Origin: TPA_inf: Saccharomyces
Taxonomy: Eukaryota
NCBI GenBank assembly: GCA_000146045.2
Contig: BK006943.2
Span: 672,001-736,000 of the forward strand
Length of the DNA: 64,000 bases
Direction of reading: 5' to 3'
This document shows, in pieces, positions 21,701 through 33,743 of the stretch. The translations under genes and the position numbers were made by a program. Each line of letters begins with the position of its first letter. The first letter of the stretch is position 1. Below the pieces are notes generated by a model. It made no database searches and was not told the DNA's origin. It was given only the letters and a program-made list of their open reading frames with translations.

Positions 21701-23696
21701 AAGAAGAATCTGAATCCTTTATAGTATTTTCTAAAGACGTCAAAGTTTCAGAGAGTCTGCTATCGACTATATCACATGTATATTGCAAGAAGCAGTAATG
21801 CGTCCATTGAAAATGTACATACAGTTCTTTATCTTTTTCGTCAGCAATTTGTTCTAACAGAGTATGCCACGACCTTATTCTTTTCTCGACTTTATTTCTT
21901 TGACTTTTTAGGTCTGCTGACTTATGTCCTTGAATCCGTTTATTTGTGATTTCCTCCACAATATTCCCTAAATGGTTAACAAGAAGTTCGTAAATCGATA
22001 AAGCCAAATATTTGCATTGCCTTTTGTTTTTGTTAATAAGTGCAAAAATGTTCGATTCGATTCCAAATACAAACCATAAAACAATTTTTAGAAGCTGAGA
22101 CTCCCAAAGGTAGTCTATAATGAGACGCCTTCCGTTTCCTTCATCGTAAGTTCCAAGCAATTTGAATAATAATTTCAAACGCACTTGATGGAAGTGAAGA
22201 TTGCCTGCATTCACTTCGGAAATAAAAGATCTGATGTGATCCGAGTCCAAATCATTTAAATATCTAGGAAAGCTCTCCTTATCATCAAATGCATTAGATT
22301 TCAGGAGCGCATTTAGTTGGAATAATTCCTCATTTTCGTTAGAACCACTGGACAAGTAGTCATTTTGGTTAAAAATATCAGTATATCTACTACTCCAAGA
22401 TTTCAAACATTCATAGAGATCAGTATAGGGAATAAATTTTTCGGGTTGTTTGTCACTAGAGCCAATGATAAATTTGGAAGCAAATGTGTCAAAATCGCAA
22501 AAGGGTAGAATGTGAATATATGACAACAACGTGTTGAACTCACCAAAAAATCTTTTATGAACGTCCATAACAAGCTCTTTTGAGTTTTCTTGTTCTCTTT
22601 CTTTAAAGCGTTTACTACTTCTTTGAAGAGGCTTCGTGCTATCGATATGTTCATCAGTTCTCTTGTTAGGCCTTGCTTCTTCATTAGTTTGGATATCCGA
22701 TGGAGCTAAATTCCCACTCTTATCATCTGCTCGTACACTCTCATTATCTTGCTCTTCTTCTTGTCGCTCAGACTCTCTATCTAAAGATGGTGTATTATTA
22801 ATTGCTTCCGATAGTTCAAACTTAACCGCTTCAATAGGTTCTTCAATTTCGTTATACGGATCCATATTCCTTCCAATAAGAGACGATGTTTTAACGCTGG
22901 GTAGTAAGTTTTTCAAAGCCTTCGCAACTTCATCCCATGATTCTTCATTCAAAGTGACATTAAACACGTCCAGCTTTTTCATTATTTCCTCATCTTGCTT
23001 TTTCATTTCTGATATTCTAGAAAGAATTGGACCAAAAGCTAGTGGTTCCGGCTTAATATCTTTGTACTTCTCCAAATGATATCTCTCAAAGATTGTGTTA
23101 TCCGATAAGTTGGGGACTAATAGTTTGTTCGTGAGTTCTACGTAGTTATTCATCATCAGAGTCAAATCGTTCAAAAGAAATTTACGATGTCGCCCCAACA
23201 AAAGTGAAAGATTTTCCTGCTTAGTGAATTCATATTCTGATATTAAACGTTCCAACTTGACACTATTAAAGCTCTTGAAGATGCGAGCCAGCAAATCTGT
23301 AACTGCAAAATCAGCATCGCTATGTTGAATAGACTCAACCAAGTTCTCAACTGCTTTTAAAATACAATTAACTAGTTCTTGTGAGTTCAACCTTTCATAG
23401 TTATTCTCCAAATACAGATGATAGTACATCCCTCTGTTCCTATAACATAGATATCGCAGGTTATCTAGCGTAGGAGAAGAATTGCGATACATGCCCCACC
23501 TATCAGGCTTGACGACATCAATCTGGAAGAGCTCTTGGAATTTGCTGTCCGACTTTTCGAAGTCCTTGTTTTTTAGATCAATCAGAGCGTCCTGCAAAAT
23601 ATTAAAACTCTGTTCTATTTGAAGCTCTCTTGAATGCTCCTCTGCTTCATATTGTTCACCTTCGATGTTTGAATTGAGGGCATTGAACATAGACAT
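18750..23696 (-). CDS. HIR3: HIR histone-chaperone complex subunit, 1648 aa
   Basis: ATG at 23696-23694, 1648 aa, TPR-like helical repeats, corresponding to YJR140C. Its stop codon sits only 225 bp upstream of the HOM6 ATG. Confidence 0.9.
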   Translation of the reverse strand: MSMFNALNSNIEGEQYEAEEHSRELQIEQSFNILQDALIDLKNKDFEKSDSKFQELFQIDVVKPDRWGMYRNSSPTLDNLRYLCYRNRGMYYHLYLENNYERLNSQELVNCILKAVENLVESIQHSDADFAVTDLLARIFKSFNSVKLERLISEYEFTKQENLSLLLGRHRKFLLNDLTLMMNNYVELTNKLLVPNLSDNTIFERYHLEKYKDIKPEPLAFGPILSRISEMKKQDEEIMKKLDVFNVTLNEESWDEVAKALKNLLPSVKTSSLIGRNMDPYNEIEEPIEAVKFELSEAINNTPSLDRESERQEEEQDNESVRADDKSGNLAPSDIQTNEEARPNKRTDEHIDSTKPLQRSSKRFKEREQENSKELVMDVHKRFFGEFNTLLSYIHILPFCDFDTFASKFIIGSSDKQPEKFIPYTDLYECLKSWSSRYTDIFNQNDYLSSGSNENEELFQLNALLKSNAFDDKESFPRYLNDLDSDHIRSFISEVNAGNLHFHQVRLKLLFKLLGTYDEGNGRRLIIDYLWESQLLKIVLWFVFGIESNIFALINKNKRQCKYLALSIYELLVNHLGNIVEEITNKRIQGHKSADLKSQRNKVEKRIRSWHTLLEQIADEKDKELYVHFQWTHYCFLQYTCDIVDSRLSETLTSLENTIKDSDSSLDIAYPNYRHIPALNLNTVQSQKRKIRIIQNITVEDISEDTNSDTHSENHLETLEKVLLHILHPSTNHSNIDEEMVSFIFNSPFLLKIRLWGVLFSSYVKKSSIQDVQRIYFHVLDFMKGALTSPVYKESNPHGRHQMLLTVLTAIGYLSSQLTAILNSNRWESSDFVLEDYMFEKLLQTFFFFYTVLFYESSAVNDVSNKSFFKRASKSSGKMKDIMIDLATLILYYYDLQAKLRTPAEQGIETTELIWSLHTLFGHFHFCDASNGKFLDLAEKLLCQFINNDSFLQLKQILWCRYHYAIASDNFSPDLHDTKAVEMEKIHSLPLGTYLIKLQYQNKNPYLSSSKTTLKQIMDNIIEKIGDPSTLDNHIISRNSFLLNEYLSRPITADLLKHTFSGATSLYLTSPNDELQQGMTAGLFYVSSLQSLGLYKMRKKSMQARPSELDSIIRMLKNDIIYNTNRFESWILLGKCYSYIVEDDLIWTSDKITVPEKKDVIALTQRKAILCYLMAISIYYSKLDRTIDDKKIILEALDDLGSMLISGYYNPMNKLCFSWKSSAENTMRLSETGEVVMEKTKKITTISDFNIEQSIFLCFNRACSLSGDIKSQDDVFVLNWSSFYNLAKFFFKTDGGNNCKLVAKYITQGCQIAYESSPAKDPIIEPHYLLVNACYKWVKRGVIGVNEALTLLSKDNQFFQEQEEFWVNDEGLAWDYQEKFFFDKIIRLLRHLLSVDKKKWQHRPRYRIARILFDDLGDVNGALEEMDSLISAKSINKNLVNIWKPDFERPGKHFIYTYQYLVLYLDLLFAIKDFNTTGLVIKKLRRFGSGTVNVNELLERAINVYTQSAKIKLQLQDKSYVEQILPTLNYQEFLKISEQLNQVFDQGKYPEEISSGLKLAFQLKKGHSGIAFDSVCLGIYFEYLYFPLARQDQSLTDVNDENNPALPSSGSVTSKSTPDPTSKPSAIKKRVTKKEVFDRVRLLVDKIT

Positions 23697-23905
23697 AATA
23701 AGCTTTATCTAGAATCTGTGTTGAGGTTCTAACTCCTTAAAGTGCCTTTACGGACCTGCCTTGCTACCGTCTATTTGTATTTCTGCTCTTCCCAACGTAA
23801 ACAATTCAATAAATAATTTCGCGATGGCACATAGTAACAAGCTGTTAAATCGAAGTAAAGAAAAGGAAAGTCAAGAAAACAAAGAGAGAAACAAATGCAA
23901 GGGTG

Positions 23906-24949
23906 ATGGTTCAATATGTGGTAGAATGGTTACCAAGGATACAGAGCATTTCAGTGGTAGTAGAAGGTTGGAAGCAGGTGGAGATAAAGAACTTGAAGGA
24001 CACACTCATGAGCATATCTGGTGATGAAGAACAAGTTGAAGATATTTTACTTCCAGTAGAAGTTGAAGAAAAAGTAGACGCTTCTTACAAGTTCAAAAAC
24101 AGAGGTAAAGACTTAGAATGGATGACGAAGTTAAGAAGCAAATCCTCTAAGATATATGACAGTTCTATCATGTCGCTTCCAGATGGAAGATGGACTAAAG
24201 AAGAGCTTCGCTCAGATTCTGATTTCTCGATAGAATGTCTTAACTGTAAGCAAAAAATTATAAGCAAAGATAACTGTCAAGTTTTGAATGATATGCCTTC
24301 AGAGTTTTGGTTCGAGTTAATGGATTATTGGCATTGCCACAAACCCGATGTTAAGGAAGACAAGTCTTCCTACACAAGATTTGAAACGCTAAAACCATCT
24401 AAAAACGAAATTTTAATTGGAAGCTCTTATTTTCAAGGCACTCCTGCGACTTTTGAAAATGTAGCGACTACAAAGGAAAATGATAATGTTTTATGCATAA
24501 AGTGCTCAGCAGTGTTAGGCCAAGTAACTGCTGGTTCGCTTTATAAACTACACAAATGGAAACTGCAGTTAATACGCAGTGGAAACACATACAAATTTCC
24601 TCCAGAATGTGACATTACAATTTCTTTAATAAACGTAGTTAAGGCAAACTCTTGTCGTTACGTACTAGTAAAATGTAAAACGGAATCATTGCTAGTTTGG
24701 ATATTTTCCGTTGACATTGGAGTCACATTGACGGGAAACAAAAGCTTCAAGAGAGCGATGAAGTTGCTTTACACAAACAGCGTTACCACAATAAATCGAT
24801 GTCTCAATCGACAAGTCGTCGAGGAATTAGATTTCCAAGAAACATCGTTTAATGCTTTTTACAGCGCCCTTCAACATACTAATGCACTTTTACCCTCAAG
24901 CATGAAAAAAATTGGTGAATGGACCATTAGCTATACATCACTAATCTAA
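23906..24949 (+). CDS. IPA1: Essential mRNA 3'-end processing factor, 347 aa (first ATG; the track ORF begins at GTG 23903)
   Basis: GTG-ATG sits at 23903-23908, and the ATG at 23906 gives 347 aa, as for YJR141W. Cys/His-rich segments are present (CLNCKQK ... WHCHKPD). It is divergent from HIR3 across a 209-bp spacer. Confidence 0.8.
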   Translation: MVQYVVEWLPRIQSISVVVEGWKQVEIKNLKDTLMSISGDEEQVEDILLPVEVEEKVDASYKFKNRGKDLEWMTKLRSKSSKIYDSSIMSLPDGRWTKEELRSDSDFSIECLNCKQKIISKDNCQVLNDMPSEFWFELMDYWHCHKPDVKEDKSSYTRFETLKPSKNEILIGSSYFQGTPATFENVATTKENDNVLCIKCSAVLGQVTAGSLYKLHKWKLQLIRSGNTYKFPPECDITISLINVVKANSCRYVLVKCKTESLLVWIFSVDIGVTLTGNKSFKRAMKLLYTNSVTTINRCLNRQVVEELDFQETSFNAFYSALQHTNALLPSSMKKIGEWTISYTSLI

Positions 24950-25140
24950 TTTTAAGAACCATTCTCTTTCAAATTTGTACAAATATTGTCATCAAGTAAT
25001 AAATAGCTTCTTTTTTTTTTTAACATACAGTTGTAGAATTAACTTCGTTGGCCGAAGAATTGCACAACAATAGCGTTTGTTATATTACTAAATATAGGGG
25101 CTTTCTTGGGAACGAAAGTGAAACAAACGCTTTTAATACA

Positions 25141-26169
25141 ATGAAGGTCGAGAAATCATCTAAAGGCTTGGAAGTTTTAGTGAGGACACAGGAGGATGAT
25201 CTAGAGGGGTTCTCTTTCCTGGAGATTATGGACCGCGTAGACCCTTTACCATTAGACTTCGAGAATTACAAAAATTTCAAAGAGGGCATTTACTATATGT
25301 GTACACACGATGGCACAAAGATCGGTTTCGTGTTGAAATTTGCGATAAATGAAATGGAGACTGTTTGCTCGGAAATCTTCGAAGAAACCTTCCAATTAGA
25401 TGAATCTAGACATGAGTTAAGGTTTAAAAGTGAAGATTTTGATCATAGAAACAATCTAATTGACCAATTGGCTCGTAAAATGTATTTAGAATCATCCTTG
25501 AGTGGTGTGAAGGGCTGGAGAAACGAGAAATATGCCGTTTGGGTTAATAAAAAACCCTATGTACTGGTTGAGCGTGCAGTAGCAGGTGTTCTTGGTATAA
25601 TTACCTACGGGATTCATATTAATGGTTATGTGCTAGATCCAAAGTCAAAAAAAGTTCAGTTTTGGGTTCCAAGAAGATCTAAAACGAAACAAACATGGCC
25701 GCTAATGCTTGACAACATTATCGCCGGGGGATTAGGTTATCCTTATGGTATCTATGAAACAGTTTTGAAAGAAAGCATGGAGGAAGCCAATCTAGAAAAG
25801 AGTGTTATTGAGGATAACATTAAAGCAACTGGTTCAGTTTCCTACCTTTACTTTACGGGTGATATTTCTGTAACGAAGTTCAATAAGGAATCAGATTTTA
25901 TCGTAGGGGAAGTACAATATGTATACGATCTAAAACTCAGCGAAGACATCATTCCAAAACCAAACGATGGTGAAGTCGAGAGTTTCAATTTATTCAGCCT
26001 GCAAGAGACGATTAATGCTTTAAGAAAAAAAGAGTTCAAACCAAATTGTGCATTGGTAATGGTAGATTTCTTGATTAGACATGGCTACATCACTCCAGAA
26101 AATGAGCCCAATTATCTTGAACTAGTAACTAGAATGCACAGAAGGTTACCATTCCCCACCTTGAATTAA
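25141..26169 (+). CDS. Nudix-family hydrolase of unknown substrate, 342 aa
   Basis: Corresponds to YJR142W. The track ORF starts at TTG 25048, while the first ATG at 25141 (MKVEKSSKGLEV) gives 342 aa. It carries a Nudix-box-like segment, GGLGYPYGIYETVLKESMEEANL. Confidence 0.82.
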   Translation: MKVEKSSKGLEVLVRTQEDDLEGFSFLEIMDRVDPLPLDFENYKNFKEGIYYMCTHDGTKIGFVLKFAINEMETVCSEIFEETFQLDESRHELRFKSEDFDHRNNLIDQLARKMYLESSLSGVKGWRNEKYAVWVNKKPYVLVERAVAGVLGIITYGIHINGYVLDPKSKKVQFWVPRRSKTKQTWPLMLDNIIAGGLGYPYGIYETVLKESMEEANLEKSVIEDNIKATGSVSYLYFTGDISVTKFNKESDFIVGEVQYVYDLKLSEDIIPKPNDGEVESFNLFSLQETINALRKKEFKPNCALVMVDFLIRHGYITPENEPNYLELVTRMHRRLPFPTLN

Positions 26170-26325
26170 CATTCAAGAGGTTACCGGTTGATATCTAAAC
26201 AAATATAAAGAATTTTTTTCATATATACACATCTAGGTACATACTATCTAAGATCAAAAGTACTCTATTTTGTCACTAAACGGAGGAAGGCGTTCAGTTC
26301 GTTTGTGGTTAGTGAACAGAAAAAG

Positions 26326-28614
26326 TTACTTGGAGAAATTTAATTCTATGTCAAACCACTCTCTAGAAACAACTTCCGATGGTGACAAGCTGACATCTCC
26401 ATACACTAGTGGTGAAAAGTATACAAAAAACCACGCAACAGCACAGGAGACACACACCAAGAAGACGGTATAGGGTTTAACGTAGACCTTAGGGTTCCGT
26501 TCATATGATGCACCTGAAATATCCTCGTCTTTCTCCAAATCCAATGATTTGCAATCACTGAAAATTACTTCCCATAGTGCTCCTGAGAATAAGCACGCGA
26601 TTAAATGAGCTGGTAAGTAATGATGCAAAAACTTTTGACGCGCCATTAAAAAGAATGGAAAATAATGACAGCACCAGGAGACGAAGAAAAACATCAATGG
26701 GCCATACAGCTTTTCTCTGGTCATCTTGTTTAGGGCATAATAGCCACGATGTCTAGTAATTAAATCGGCCACGATAATGCCAACAAAAACAGCCAATGAT
26801 ATGACTTGGAACCACCACCCAATGATGTTACCAATGAAATATATTTGCTTCTTTTCGTCACCGTTGGTCCAGAACGAAACACCACTTAAACTACCGGGCC
26901 AACTGTAAGGTTCAGAGGCAAATGGATGCTCTGATGATAGTTTATTGTTATGTTCGAACATAGATTTTTGAGTTTCAATCCATTTCTTCAAGAATGGTAA
27001 TGGCTTAACAACCTTCGGAATATATACCTTCCGAACCTCGTCCAGGTTAACAATTTCATCAACAACCCAGTTATTTGAAGGATCAATAACTTTTTTGTTA
27101 CCATTAATTTCTTGTTGTTGGAACCCCCAATCCGGTAACAACTCGTCGTTGTGAGTCCACAAAGCTACGGAGGTATCAACGTGGAAAAGACGGAAAGAAA
27201 CCGTTTTACTCTTTAAAACGTGACCTTCATCTGATTTTTTCAGTGGTTGGAATGCAAAAAGTGTTTCAGGATATAATTCCCCATCACCTTCTTCTAAAGT
27301 TACTGTAGTGATTTCTTCATTGGTAGGGTAAAATGGGGAGGCGACATCATGGGCTAACAAGTAGGTATCGGTGGCTACATGTCTCAATCTTATATGCTGG
27401 TTCAATAGAACAGCTTGTCCTTTACCGACATCACTGCCATGGGGTGGTAACACTTCCCATTGATTGTTGAAGTCAGGATGCGTGTAACCAGTAACTTGTT
27501 GACCAGCGGATGAGATACGACCATCTTCATACCGTTGTGGGTAACGTGCCAAGTGAGAATGTAAGAATGCGTCAGTATCTTGATGTTTGATAGTGATAAT
27601 ATCAAAATAATTGACGGTTTTAGAGTCAACACTTAAGGGAGAGTCCTTAAGTGTTTCTTGAAATTCAGCAGACATAAATGCGTCGCCAGGACCTGAAGTA
27701 TTCAAAACGGTGAAATGAACCCAGAACCAAAACAAGTAAATCACAAATGGAATCAAAACTAAACCATTCAGCCTTTTACTAAAATGTCTCATGAACTGCC
27801 TCAAGGACAAACCCGCCTTGATGTCCAGTAATTGCCATAAGTTGACCACAGCAGCAAAACCAATAGCGGAATATGTCATAACACCAACATATTTTGTGGA
27901 AATCACGAAGGATAAAGACAAACCAGTAGCGTGTAACCAAATATACCAACTCCATGTAAAAGGTTGACGCAATTGGCACTTGTAGAAACGAACGTAACAA
28001 TACATAGTAGCAGCAATAGAAATAATCAAGATGGCATCCAGTAAAATCAGCCTAGTTTCTGTAACATGCGCAGTATCGATTGCAACCAAGAGAGATGCAA
28101 ACGCACATGTAATAGCCCTGAAATTCAGTTCCTTCAAAGTGTTGAACATAATTGGTACAGTCAATGTGCCCAATATCGCGTTGAAAGAACGGTACGCGAT
28201 ATATGGAGCTGGATGAGTTTCATAAGAATACCCAATCTCATCAAACTTAAAGGAACCATCATAGCCACATAACCAACCAATGAAGGCAATCATCATCTTA
28301 GCAAAAGGGGGATGAACGTCAAAGAAATAAGACCTTTCTAAGTAATACGATGCAAATTTCCCGAAATGTACCTCATCAAAAACAACTTCTTTTGGATACC
28401 AGATCTTATAAAATCTAGCAGCAAACGCTAATAAGGTAACAATTGTTACCCAAAAGCTATAACGTGATTCCGGTTCCGGTAGTGGCTGCAAGAGCCAATG
28501 TTCAGCAACTTGTTCACATTTAGGCGCGGCCTTCGTGTACTTCAACGAAGGATCGTCTACGTCCTTAGTGGAAGGTGGTAACTTCCCATGGTTACGTTTT
28601 TTGGGCACAGACAT
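26326..28614 (-). CDS. PMT4: Dolichyl-phosphate-mannose protein O-mannosyltransferase, 762 aa
   Basis: ATG at 28614-28612, 762 aa. It is multi-pass TM with a central MIR-type loop, and the length and position correspond to YJR143C. Confidence 0.93.
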   Translation of the reverse strand: MSVPKKRNHGKLPPSTKDVDDPSLKYTKAAPKCEQVAEHWLLQPLPEPESRYSFWVTIVTLLAFAARFYKIWYPKEVVFDEVHFGKFASYYLERSYFFDVHPPFAKMMIAFIGWLCGYDGSFKFDEIGYSYETHPAPYIAYRSFNAILGTLTVPIMFNTLKELNFRAITCAFASLLVAIDTAHVTETRLILLDAILIISIAATMYCYVRFYKCQLRQPFTWSWYIWLHATGLSLSFVISTKYVGVMTYSAIGFAAVVNLWQLLDIKAGLSLRQFMRHFSKRLNGLVLIPFVIYLFWFWVHFTVLNTSGPGDAFMSAEFQETLKDSPLSVDSKTVNYFDIITIKHQDTDAFLHSHLARYPQRYEDGRISSAGQQVTGYTHPDFNNQWEVLPPHGSDVGKGQAVLLNQHIRLRHVATDTYLLAHDVASPFYPTNEEITTVTLEEGDGELYPETLFAFQPLKKSDEGHVLKSKTVSFRLFHVDTSVALWTHNDELLPDWGFQQQEINGNKKVIDPSNNWVVDEIVNLDEVRKVYIPKVVKPLPFLKKWIETQKSMFEHNNKLSSEHPFASEPYSWPGSLSGVSFWTNGDEKKQIYFIGNIIGWWFQVISLAVFVGIIVADLITRHRGYYALNKMTREKLYGPLMFFFVSWCCHYFPFFLMARQKFLHHYLPAHLIACLFSGALWEVIFSDCKSLDLEKDEDISGASYERNPKVYVKPYTVFLVCVSCAVAWFFVYFSPLVYGDVSLSPSEVVSREWFDIELNFSK

Positions 28615-28866
28615 CTGTACTTCTGTGGACTGTCAGAAAATATCTTGGTAAAATATGTATCGACAAACTTCTTAGTACAGTTAATATAGAAGTAAGGATT
28701 CGAGTGAGTAGTTTTGATAAAGCGCGTTTCATTATGCATATTTTTCATTTTTTATTTTTTTTGTCAAGAAATACACGAATAACATCACGAAATTTATCGA
28801 CAGAATAATGGAAGAAACTATTTAAAAAGACGGTAGAGACTAAAAAAGGAAAGAAAGGACAAGTAG

Positions 28867-29691
<825 letters not shown>

Positions 29692-29745
29692 TCAATATGC
29701 GAACCATATAAGCTAATTTTAGTAAGTATATATATTCCAATACAA

Positions 29746-29746
<1 letters not shown>

Positions 29747-29780
<34 letters not shown>
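29747..29780. repeat. (CA)17 / (TG)17 dinucleotide microsatellite in the MGM101-RPS4A convergent 3' spacer
   Basis: A run of pure CA dinucleotides, cacacacacaca..., is visible over 34 nt. Confidence 0.97.
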
Positions 29781-29783
<3 letters not shown>

Positions 29784-30026
29784 GCATATATTGTGGTAGT
29801 GCGTAGTGTCAGTACGTCTTATCATACGCCTTCTATTTCAGGGTTAGCGTATTTTTACTATCAATATTACAATACGGATATATATACACACACCTAATAT
29901 ATATATTATACGTTATATTACTGCCAGTCGAAAAAGGAAGATACGATGTATTATTTTAAAATTCAATTTCTAATAAACATTAATGGAGATATACAAAAGA
30001 AGAAAATAATTAAGTTGTTATGAAAT

Positions 30027-31069
30027 TTATAAACCTTGTTGAGCTCTTCTTCTGTCACGTTCTTCAGCAATAGACAACTTGATACCCTTACCCTTTGGCA
30101 AAGAAATGTAAGGCTTACCTTGTTCACCGATGACGAAGACATTGTTCAATCTAGTGACGAAAGTGTTGTCCAAGGAGTCCTTGATGTGAACTAAATCGAA
30201 ACCACCATCGTGTCTTTCCTTGTGAACGATAGTACCGATACGACCCAAGTTACGACCACCAGTAACGTAAACCAACTTACCGGCATCGAACTTGATGAAA
30301 TCAGTAATCTTACCAGAGGCCAAGTCGATCTTAACAGTGTCATTGACCTTGATGTTTGGGTCTGGGTATCTGATAGTTCTACCATCGTGGGTAACAACGT
30401 ATGGAACACCCTTCTTACCTAATTGAACCTTCTTGACCTTACCCAACTTGTAAGAAGCTTCTTCATCGGTGATACGGTGGACAGCGAATCTACCCTTGAC
30501 ATCGTAGACCAATCTGAAGTTTTCATTGGTGGCATCTAGAGTGATGACATCCATGAAACCAGCTGGGTAGGTAGTGTCGGTTCTAACCTTACCGTCCACT
30601 TTAACGTGACGTTGCATCAAGATAGCCTTGACTTCACGGCCGTTCAAAGCATACTTTAATCTGTTTCTTAGAAAGACAATCAATGGCAAGGATTCACGCA
30701 ATTTGTGTGGACCAGCAGATGGTCTTGGGGCGTAACAACCGGACAACTTGTCCAATAACCAGTGGTGTGGAGCTGCTAATCTTTTTAGATGCTTCTTTCT
30801 GTACGGAAAAAAATGAGAAAAAAGGGCAAAAATGAATGTATAATGAAGATACAGACATTTTATTTTTTTCATTGTGCTCGTTAGTAAATCATTACTCGTA
30901 AAATATTTGTACAATCCCAGGATGATCTAAAATTAAATGGACATAAACTGGTTCATTGTTGTTCCTATTCGTTTGGTTAAGACTCCACTTGTTTCTTGTC
31001 TATCATTCTTCTCATCCTTGCGTAATTATAATCAAAGTCTATAGTCAAACATACGGTCCTCTAGCCATC
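30027..31069 (-). CDS. RPS4A: Ribosomal protein S4 (eS4), 261 aa. Spliced: exon 1 is 31069-31056 (14 nt, MARGP), the intron is 31055-30799, and exon 2 is 30798-30027
   Basis: Exon 1, ATGGCTAGAGGACC, is followed by the 5' splice site GTATGT. The branchpoint TACTAAC is the reverse complement of 30880-30886. The 3' splice site is ...CCGTACAG|AAAGAAGCAT. The spliced product begins [22 protein letters not shown], the conserved eS4 N-terminus. 14 + 772 nt gives 262 codons. Confidence 0.9.
30799..31055 (-). other. RPS4A: Spliceosomal intron of RPS4A (257 nt by my indexing)
   Basis: It has GTATGT, TACTAAC and a pyrimidine tract ending in CAG, as described above. Without splicing, the track ORF reads through as an N-terminally aberrant 295-aa ORF. 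Confidence 0.85.
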
Positions 31070-31450
31070 TTTGCGTATTGATTCTTTGGTTTGTTTTGGG
31101 CAGAAAAATCGCTATATAAGAAAGTATTTCAACACTAGATTAAATTATAGTATAATTTTTAATATACTAGTATTGCCGACAATCTCTGAAATTTCAATAC
31201 TACCACACAGAACAGGACTTGCCAGGGCCAGTCCGAGCCAGCCTAACTCCAAGACCACGTACTAAGTGAATTGCTACTCCCCCTTACCACGACTACAAAG
31301 AGCTACACGGCCTCCCGGCCTAGGCCGCTGCTACTTTCAACTGATGTCACCGAAAAAAATAACGGAAAACGACAGTTCAAGAAAAAAAGAACGCAGGAAG
31401 AAAAAGGAAGCAAAATTACAGAATGTACGGCTGTTTAAAAATAAATAGTG

Positions 31451-31464
31451 GATGCATGGGTGCT
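31451..31464. promoter_or_regulatory. Rap1-like site (GATGCATGGGTGCT, reverse complement ACCCATGCATC) ~385 bp upstream of the RPS4A ATG, followed by an A8 tract
   Basis: It matches 10 of 13 positions against the Rap1 consensus ACACCCRYACAYM on the bottom strand. Its position is typical for ribosomal-protein gene promoters. Confidence 0.45.
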
Positions 31465-31884
31465 TCCACGCGTCTCTGGGAAAAAAAACCAGGATATTTT
31501 AATGTTTGTTTATTTGTTTATTTCCTGCTGAACTGAATATTGAAAACATCGAAAAAATGCAGTACCCAGCTCTCCATTAGGACTTTTTACGTAATGACGA
31601 AAATGGACAAGCTGCGCAGGAAAGGACTACGAAAAGTATGCTGCCATAATGACAAGATAAGGCGCAACACACGTAATCATGACTAATGGTTGCACAGACG
31701 GTAGGCCAGGAGAAGGATTAGATCTCGTGCCGAACGACAGCAAGCTAGCTAGACTATGTTATCTGAGTGTAAACGAAAGCGCAGCAGTCTCTGCAAGAGC
31801 ACGTGCGACGTGTCTGGTGTGCAAAAACCCTCTAGAGAAACATTGCTAAGGTTTACCGATGCAGGAAATCTTTAGTTCTAAAAG

Positions 31885-33272
<1,388 letters not shown>

Positions 33273-33743
33273 AAACCTGCCTCTGAGGGTCATTCACGAC
33301 CTAGCATACCACTATATACGTGTACGATTTTTTTTTTCTGTGACCGCACTACACCAAAGTTTAATGTTCCATTGGCCCCGGAACCATTCTTGCAAACGGC
33401 GTTCTTTTTCCGCTTTCGGGTGACACTTAATTTAGCTTCTTTTCCCTCTCTGACACCTCTTGTTATCTAATCTGTAGATCCGACTCTTTTTCTTTTTGGT
33501 GTCGTTCTTCTATGTCCGTTTTTCTGTCAACAAAAACGGAAATAATAGGTAGAAATTAAGAGCCGTACGTGAGTGAGAGGAGATCCGAAATGAGCTGACA
33601 GTATAACTAATATAAGCTTACAAGATATTCGACTATTTCCTGGGAAAAAATTCATTCCTTTGAGAAATCCTTAATAAAAACAGACTAACTACTAAAATTT
33701 TAGAAATTTAAGGGAAAGCATCTCCACGAGTTTTAAGAACGAT

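Noticed and set aside
31266-31448. Small ORFs upstream of RPS4A (31071-31265, 31266-31448) and 32813-33115 inside HMS2.
   Set aside because: They sit in promoter or nested contexts, have basic low-complexity translations, and lack any support.
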